Assembly (NCBI GenBank): GCA_035541035.1
Contig: DATLFO010000104.1
Span: 1-46,413 of the forward strand
Length of the DNA: 46,413 bases
DNA from: Actinomycetota bacterium
GTDB taxonomy: Bacteria > Actinomycetota > AC-67
Direction of reading: 5' to 3'
How positions within the stretch are numbered: position 1 is the first letter of the stretch; each line of letters opens with the position of its first letter. Shown here in pieces: positions 42,180-46,413 of this stretch. Made by a program: the position numbers and the translations under genes. Under the pieces are notes generated by a model, which was given only the letters and a program-made list of their open reading frames with translations, was not told the DNA's origin and made no database searches.

Positions 42180-43610
42180 CTAGGTCCGGCGGAGGTAAAG
42201 GCCTGGGAAGTCATTGGCGATCTCGCCCTGTCGGTACATCGGGATGCCGCGTACGAGCGTGGCGGCGGGCCAGCCGCGCACGGCGACCCCGCTGAAGGGC
42301 GTGTGGTCCTGCGCGCTGCGGCAGAGCTCGGGCGTGACGATCTGCTCGAGCCCGACGTCGATGATCGCCAGATCCGCGTCGGCGCCGACGGCGATCGTTC
42401 CCTTACGCGGATACAGGTTGTAGGTGCGCGCGGGTGCGGCGGAAGCGACCTGCGCGATGCGATCGAGCGGGATGCCGCGCTTGTGATGCCCTTCGCTGAT
42501 CAGCACCGGATACAGCAGCGCGGTGCCACCGAAGCCGGGCAGCGCCGGCCACAGGTCCTCGCCCTTGGACTCCTCCATGCAGCAGGCGTGATCGGACGCG
42601 ACGGTGCCGATGCGGCCGTCGGCCAGGCCCTGCCACAGCGCCTCGTTGTCTTCGGCGTCGCGGATCGGCGGGTTCACTTTGCCGCCGAGCCCCTTCCCTT
42701 CGAGCATCGCCACGTTGAGCGCGAGGTGATGCACGGTCACCTCCAGGTTCGCGTCCAGCCCGTAGCGATGCCGCACCTCGTTCGCCTTGTCGAGCGCTTC
42801 CCCCGACGACAGATGCAGAAAGTTCGTTCGCACGTGCGTCGCGTCGGCCAGCACGCCGGCCTCTTCGATCGAGAGCTGCTCGGTCAGGGGCGGCCGGCCC
42901 GCGGCGTACTCGGCCAGGCCGCGCACCGAAGGATCCTGCTTCGCGCGCTCGATGAACACGCGAAGCAGCTCGGCCTGCTCGCAGTGCAGCGACAGCGAGA
43001 TACGTCCGTCGTGTGCGAGATCCGCGGCCGAGACCGCCTCCATGATCTCGAACAGATGACCGAGGTCGTACTCCTCGGACATGGTGTAGCCCTTAGCGTC
43101 GCGCGAGTCGGCCGACAGGTTCAGGCCCTTGTAGAACATGTAGTACTTGAAGCTCGCCACGCCCATCTCGGAGACCAGCCACGGGATCTCGGCGATGTGC
43201 TCGGCCGTCATCGGCGCCAAGTGAAAGCCGTAGTCAACCTTGGCGTGACCGTCCACGGCGGCGAGCACCTCGGGGAAGATCTGGCGATACGGGCCGGTCT
43301 TGTTCAAATAGTGGCTGCCGGTGCGGAAGTACGAGATCACCGTCGTGACGCCACCCACCAGCGACGAGGTCGTCTCGGATTCGGTGTCCTCGGTCAGGCC
43401 ACGGTAGATGCCGAGGTGATAGTGCGAGTCCACCGCGCCGGGGAAGACGTGCTTGCCGCGCGCGTCGATGGCCTCGTCCGCATCACCCGGCCCGAGGTCG
43501 CCGGCGATCGACGCGATCCGTCCGTCCTTGATCGCGATGTCGCCGCGGACCTCACCGACGAACGGAATGACCAGCGTTCCTCCGGTTACGACGACGTCGT
43601 AGCGGGCCAT
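42180..43610 (-). CDS. Cyclic amidohydrolase (hydantoinase/dihydropyrimidinase family)
   Basis: The metal-ligand motifs DSHYHL, FKYYMFYKG (carboxylated Lys position), LHCE, HLSS and ASDHAC are all present. The start is at ATG 43610 (MARYDVVVTGG). The remainder of the listed 1032-aa ORF is an out-of-frame run through the PrpD gene. Confidence 0.85.
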   Translation of the reverse strand: MARYDVVVTGGTLVIPFVGEVRGDIAIKDGRIASIAGDLGPGDADEAIDARGKHVFPGAVDSHYHLGIYRGLTEDTESETTSSLVGGVTTVISYFRTGSHYLNKTGPYRQIFPEVLAAVDGHAKVDYGFHLAPMTAEHIAEIPWLVSEMGVASFKYYMFYKGLNLSADSRDAKGYTMSEEYDLGHLFEIMEAVSAADLAHDGRISLSLHCEQAELLRVFIERAKQDPSVRGLAEYAAGRPPLTEQLSIEEAGVLADATHVRTNFLHLSSGEALDKANEVRHRYGLDANLEVTVHHLALNVAMLEGKGLGGKVNPPIRDAEDNEALWQGLADGRIGTVASDHACCMEESKGEDLWPALPGFGGTALLYPVLISEGHHKRGIPLDRIAQVASAAPARTYNLYPRKGTIAVGADADLAIIDVGLEQIVTPELCRSAQDHTPFSGVAVRGWPAATLVRGIPMYRQGEIANDFPGLYLRRT

Positions 43611-44962
43611 GGGACCGTCACCTCTCCTTCGCGCAACGCGCGCTCGACCGCGTCCGCGCCCCCTTCGGACAGCACGCGGGACGCGTTGTCGCGGAACTTC
43701 CGCGCGACCTCGTCTTCGGACAGCGGCCGTCCCGGGCCTCCGCGGTTCTGCAAGACCTTCTGCTCCAGATCCCGGCCGTCGCGGGTGCGCACGCGCACGA
43801 TCGCGGGAAGCTCGTCGGGATAGATCGCGTCGCACGCGGGGTCGGCGACGATCTCGATCCGCTGCATCAGCGCGCGCCGGTCCGGATCGGCCGCGAGCGC
43901 ATCGGTGAAGTCGTCCAATCCGAGCCCGAGCCCCCCGCCGCCGTGCAACGCGGCCGCGACCGCGTACGGCCCCGAGAACTGCGCCTGGTAGCCGGTCGCG
44001 GGCGCACGCTTCGCGTTTATCGGCTCGCCAATGGTGCGAACGGCCGGCGCCGCGACGCCGACCGTGATCGATTCGACGTCCTCCGGCTTCAAGCCCGCGT
44101 CGCGCAGCGCGATGGCCGCGTCGATCGCGGCGTGGGTGAAATGGTTCGCCGGATACGGCTTGAAATGAAGCCGGCGGATCTCCCATTCGCCGGGCGCGTG
44201 CAGCGGCGCCTCGTCGAACTCGCCCGACAGCCACGCCTGATAGAAGCCGAAGCGGCCCTCGAACGCCGTCGGCGCGCCGGTGATGCCGCGCGAGGCCAGC
44301 AGCGCGGCGGTCACGCCCGCCTGCGCGGCCCAGCCGCAGTGCAAACGCTTCACGGTCCCGCCCGCGCGGTTTCCTTCCAGCACGCCCGAGCCCATGCTGA
44401 CCGCGATCCCGAGCGCATGCGCGATCCCGTCCGCGTCCAACCCGAGCAGCCGGGCCGATGCCGCGGCCGCGCCGAGCGCGCCGCAGATCGAGGTCGCGTG
44501 CTGGCCGCGCTCGAAGAACATCGACTGCCTTCGCGCCGTGTCGTAGCCGGCCATGCCGGTGCGGATGCAGATCTCGATCCCCGCCGCAACCGCATCGGCG
44601 AACGCGTCGCGCGAGGCGCCAACCCGCTCGGCCACCGCGAACGCCGCGGGCACAACGGAGGCCGACGGATGAAGGATCGACGGCAGATGCGTGTCGTCGT
44701 AGTCGAGCGAATGCGCCAGCACACCGTTGGCGAACGCGGCGCTCGTCATCGGCAGCCGCTCGCCGCCGCCGAACACCGACGACTGCGCGGCGCCCCCTTG
44801 CTCGCGCAGCATCGCGATCAGGGACTGCGAGGTGTCCAGCGGTAGCGCCGCGACCGCGACCCCGACCGTGTCGAGCACGTGCAGCCGCACGGCCGCAAGA
44901 ACGCCGGCCGGGACCGCGGGCGCGGCGGCGAACGCGCCGAGTCGCGCGGCGGCGGTGCTCAT
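43586..44962 (-). CDS. MmgE/PrpD family protein (2-methylcitrate-dehydratase-like)
   Basis: ...NGVLAHSLDYDDTH...LHPSASVVPA...GGTVKRLHCGWAAQAG...FKPYPANHFTH are typical PrpD-family motifs. ATG 44962 overlaps the cyclase stop (ATGA). Confidence 0.8.
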   Translation of the reverse strand: MSTAAARLGAFAAAPAVPAGVLAAVRLHVLDTVGVAVAALPLDTSQSLIAMLREQGGAAQSSVFGGGERLPMTSAAFANGVLAHSLDYDDTHLPSILHPSASVVPAAFAVAERVGASRDAFADAVAAGIEICIRTGMAGYDTARRQSMFFERGQHATSICGALGAAAASARLLGLDADGIAHALGIAVSMGSGVLEGNRAGGTVKRLHCGWAAQAGVTAALLASRGITGAPTAFEGRFGFYQAWLSGEFDEAPLHAPGEWEIRRLHFKPYPANHFTHAAIDAAIALRDAGLKPEDVESITVGVAAPAVRTIGEPINAKRAPATGYQAQFSGPYAVAAALHGGGGLGLGLDDFTDALAADPDRRALMQRIEIVADPACDAIYPDELPAIVRVRTRDGRDLEQKVLQNRGGPGRPLSEDEVARKFRDNASRVLSEGGADAVERALREGEVTVPWPATTSS

Positions 44963-45768
44963 GCGCCGACGACCGCGAGCGGCCGAACCGGCGATCCGGT
45001 CCCGCCGACGATCTTGAGCGGCGCAAGCACGAACACGAACTCGTGCACGTCCGCCGCGGCCAGCTCTTCCAGCGCGAGCGTTTCCATGATGTGGATGCCG
45101 TGTTCGACCAGGAGCACGCGATGAGCGGGCAGCAGCGCGTGTCCCGCGCCGGCCGGCAAACGCTCGAACGCGATCGAGTCGGCGCCCGCGGCGCGAATCC
45201 CGCGAGAGGCCAGCCATTTCGCGGCCTCCTCGCCCGGACCGGGCACGCCGGTCGCGCGGCCGACGTAGGCGTCCGCATCGGGCCAGCGGCGCCCCCAGCC
45301 GGTCCGGATCAACGCGACGTCGCCTTCGCGAAGCGACACCTCGCACGCTTCCAGGTCCGCGGCCGTGACCTCGTACGCCGGATCGCACGCGTCGATTCCG
45401 AGCGCGCGCGGAACGTCCAGCAGCACGCCGCGGCAGACCCACGGCGCGACGGTCTCGATCCCGTGGACCGAGAACCGGCCGCCGACCGACGCCTCCGCCG
45501 CATCGTGCCCGCCGAACAGCTTGCCGTCGTGCGAGACGTGCGCGAGCGCGTCGATGTGGGTGCCGACGTGGCCGCCGGTGACGATCATCTCGTTGGCGGC
45601 GCTGCCACCGTCGGCGCGTTTCATGTCGCCGTGCCGGCGCACCAGCGCCATCCGGAACTCGGGATGGTTCGGCGACTGCGGCATGCCCGCGAACATCTCG
45701 CGGCCCAGGTCGAAGATGCGCACGCCTCGCGCGACCGCATCCAACAGCGGATCAGGCAACGACGCCAC
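44959..45768 (-). CDS. Putative cyclase family (kynurenine-formamidase-like) metal hydrolase
   Basis: ...IFDLGREMFAGMPQSPNHPEF...GGHVGTHIDALAHV... matches the cyclase-family HxGTHxDxPxH-type motif. The start is uncertain; GTG 45768 overlaps the CoA-transferase end by 17 nt. Confidence 0.7.
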   Translation of the reverse strand: MASLPDPLLDAVARGVRIFDLGREMFAGMPQSPNHPEFRMALVRRHGDMKRADGGSAANEMIVTGGHVGTHIDALAHVSHDGKLFGGHDAAEASVGGRFSVHGIETVAPWVCRGVLLDVPRALGIDACDPAYEVTAADLEACEVSLREGDVALIRTGWGRRWPDADAYVGRATGVPGPGEEAAKWLASRGIRAAGADSIAFERLPAGAGHALLPAHRVLLVEHGIHIMETLALEELAAADVHEFVFVLAPLKIVGGTGSPVRPLAVVGA

Positions 45769-46413
45769 GCTCCCGAAGCTCGGCGATCCGCTCGGCCGGC
45801 ACGCCGATCGAGCCCAGCACCTCGTCGGTGTCGGCACCGAGAGCACGTCCCGTCCAGCGGATCGATCCCGGCGTGTCGCTCATCCGAAACAGCAGGTTCT
45901 GCATGCGAACGGATCCGAAGTCCTCGTCCGGCACCGGCGTGATCATCTCGGTCGCGCGCACGTGCGGGTCGTCCATCAGCCCGGCTACGTCGTAGACCGG
46001 CGCGATCGCGGCCTGTGCGGCCTCGAACGCATCGATCACCTCGTCGCGCGTTCGCTCGGCGATCCACGCGGCGACGTAGCCGTCGAGCAGATCTCCGTGC
46101 CGCGCGCGGCCGACGCCGGTGGTGAACCACGGCTCGTCGCACACCTCGGGATGGCCGACCAGCTCCATCACACGGCGCGCGATCGTATCGGCCGACGTCG
46201 AGATCGCAACCCAGGTTCCGTCCTTGGTCTTGTAGACGTTGCGCGGCGCGTTGTTGTCGCTGCGGTTGCCCCGGCGCGGCTGCACCTCGCCGAGCTGGTC
46301 GTAGACGATCGGCTGTGGCCCGAGCACGGTGACGATCGGCTCGAGGATCGAGATGTCGATCTGCTGTCCGGTTCCGCCGCGCGCGTCGCGGTGATACAGC
46401 GCCATCATCACCG
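45752..46413 (-). CDS. Family III (CaiB/BaiF) CoA-transferase, C-terminal part (5' end beyond the window)
   Basis: ...ALYHRDARGGTGQQIDISILE...APRNVYKTKDGTWVAIS...DDPHV...GADTDEVL are typical CaiB-family motifs. The frame is open to the window edge. Confidence 0.75.
   Translation of the reverse strand, partial: VMMALYHRDARGGTGQQIDISILEPIVTVLGPQPIVYDQLGEVQPRRGNRSDNNAPRNVYKTKDGTWVAISTSADTIARRVMELVGHPEVCDEPWFTTGVGRARHGDLLDGYVAAWIAERTRDEVIDAFEAAQAAIAPVYDVAGLMDDPHVRATEMITPVPDEDFGSVRMQNLLFRMSDTPGSIRWTGRALGADTDEVLGSIGVPAERIAELRERGVVA

Noticed and set aside
42180-45278. A 1032-aa ORF suggesting a giant fusion protein.
   Set aside because: Only the last 476 codons (from ATG 43610) are hydantoinase-like. 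The upstream part is an out-of-frame read through the MmgE/PrpD gene, with Arg-rich nonsense composition.
1-46413. Scan for tRNA/rRNA genes, CRISPR arrays, transposases/integrases, IS ends and phage genes.
   Set aside because: No regularly spaced direct repeats, no cloverleaf-like or rRNA-like conserved stretches, and no recombinase-like ORFs were seen. The higBA relic is the only mobile-element-associated trace.

Overview
This is a 46.4-kb high-GC (roughly 70%) chromosomal segment. It is most consistent with an actinobacterium: Pmt-type protein O-mannosyltransferase, F420-type LLM oxidoreductase, PucR and IclR regulators, many 1-4-nt start/stop overlaps, and probable leaderless genes. I can support about 45 protein-coding genes and find no rRNA, tRNA, CRISPR array, transposase or integrase.

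Gene content by region:
- 1-5.2 kb: Pmt C-terminus, then a secreted neutral ceramidase translationally coupled to a GH36-like glycosidase.
- 5.3-16.6 kb: housekeeping and envelope genes. These are an SDR, an M20 peptidase, two coiled-coil M23 peptidases, an EamA transporter, a ZIP transporter with a Fur-family 7-1-7 box, a BNR propeller protein, a CPA2 antiporter and a DUF2277 protein.
- 16.8-21 kb: two tandemly duplicated secreted alpha/beta hydrolases, divergent from a PucR regulator.
- 21.2-27.4 kb: a ferritin-VIT1 transporter, then a cluster of CN-hydrolase, ALDH, a small beta-barrel-like protein and a DUF1838-like protein, divergent from crotonase and MaoC genes.
- 27.4-31.6 kb: a tandem-ABM protein, a decayed higBA module, an LLM oxidoreductase coupled to a three-domain RidA fusion, and a SAM methyltransferase.
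- 31.7-35.4 kb: a tiny hydrophobic ORF and two more cation/proton antiporters.
- 35.4-46.4 kb: one long minus-strand run of CoA-transferase, cyclase, MmgE/PrpD, hydantoinase, IclR, two heme-oxygenase paralogues, cupin, a small alpha+beta protein, Tag, VOC and a sedolisin homologue.

Observations most worth a second look:
1. An in-frame TGA sits at an expected Cys position of a rhodanese domain fused to an antiporter. The frame stays open afterwards and a SECIS-like hairpin follows, so this is either selenocysteine recoding or a very fresh nonsense mutation.
2. A heme-oxygenase pair in which one copy has lost the distal DLSGG motif, in an operon with a cupin and an alpha+beta protein downstream of an IclR gene.
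3. A single-chain triple RidA protein.
4. A sedolisin homologue that appears to lack the catalytic Ser/Glu/Asp.
5. A CN-hydrolase with Arg at the expected catalytic Lys position.
6. A higB-higA deletion remnant.
7. Several well-defined palindromic operators and inverted repeats.

All family assignments come from motif recognition by eye. No database search was run.
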